From Antedon mediterranea (Eukaryota > Animalia > Echinodermata): a stretch of DNA of 64,000 nucleotides. The notes beneath the pieces were generated by a model that saw only the letters and a program-made list of their open reading frames with translations, had not been told where the DNA came from and searched no databases. The stretch is from contig NC_092671.1 in assembly GCF_964355755.1 (NCBI RefSeq), positions 16,864,001 through 16,928,000 on the forward strand. The letters are read 5' to 3'. A program made the translations under genes and the position numbers. Of this stretch, positions 63,490 to 64,000 are shown one piece after another. Positions within the stretch are counted from its first letter, which is position 1; each line of letters starts with the position of its first letter.

Positions 63490-64000
63490 TTTGGTTAAAA
63501 GTTAAACACAGTGAGTGATAAAGAATAGAACTGTTTTAGTTTATTTAACCCTAACCCTAGTTTGAAGCGATCACATATTTAATATTCATCGCTAAAAATA
63601 CGTATCGTCTTGAAAAACGTTTGATATTTGGTAGATATGTTCAATATAGGTTCTTACATCTATAATGCAAAAGAAATATCCTAATAGTTTTATTTTGATT
63701 TCTGAGAATCATCAATGAAGTAAAAATGTGTTGGAAATGTATTGTCTTTCATAAGTGTAAATGTTTAGAAATGCAAATTATTAAAATCACGAATTTGTCT
63801 TGAAACTTTTATTTTTTGTTTGTTTTATAGACGTAAGAACCTATTGAACATATTTACCAAATTTCAAATGTTTCTGAATACGATACGTATTTTTTCGCGA
63901 TGAATTAAGTATGTGATCGCTTCAAACTAGGGTTAGAGTTATATAACCTAAAACAGTGTCTATTCTTTATCATTGTGTTTAACTGTGTAACCAAATTGGT
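63490..64000. repeat. Inverted repeat, ~165-bp arms, truncated by the window end
   Basis: 63490-63657 is an imperfect reverse complement of 63833-64000; a third, direct copy of the left arm lies at ~62895-63045. Confidence 0.8.

Overview
This is an AT-rich animal genomic window with GT-AG introns, SINEs, LINEs and MITEs. An invertebrate deuterostome such as an echinoderm is plausible, but that is inference. Three intron-rich genes can be rebuilt exon by exon: a coiled-coil/CAP-Gly gene (+, about 5.1-13 kb, 5' end not found), TRMT10B (-, 17.8-22.5 kb) and a GH33 sialidase with an N-terminal membrane anchor (-, 42.6-58.5 kb). Between TRMT10B and the sialidase lies a repeat-rich island (about 23.5-41 kb) of intronless genes. 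The island holds two intact secreted LamG/pentraxin-like genes, two broken copies of the first, and a TRIM (RING-Bbox-Bbox-coiled coil) gene. Top observations: (1) the TRIM ends in two tandem dynein light chain (LC8)-like domains and has LC8-ligand-like motifs in its own linker; (2) one LamG gene is enclosed by near-identical inverted arms of about 840 bp; (3) one broken LamG copy has its stalk amplified to about 32 units of 84/81 bp and fused in frame to a 5'-truncated LINE reverse transcriptase; (4) a minimal type I hammerhead ribozyme motif with one core substitution; (5) a Helitron-like element with an apparent target-site duplication. All alignments were done by eye and no database searches were run.
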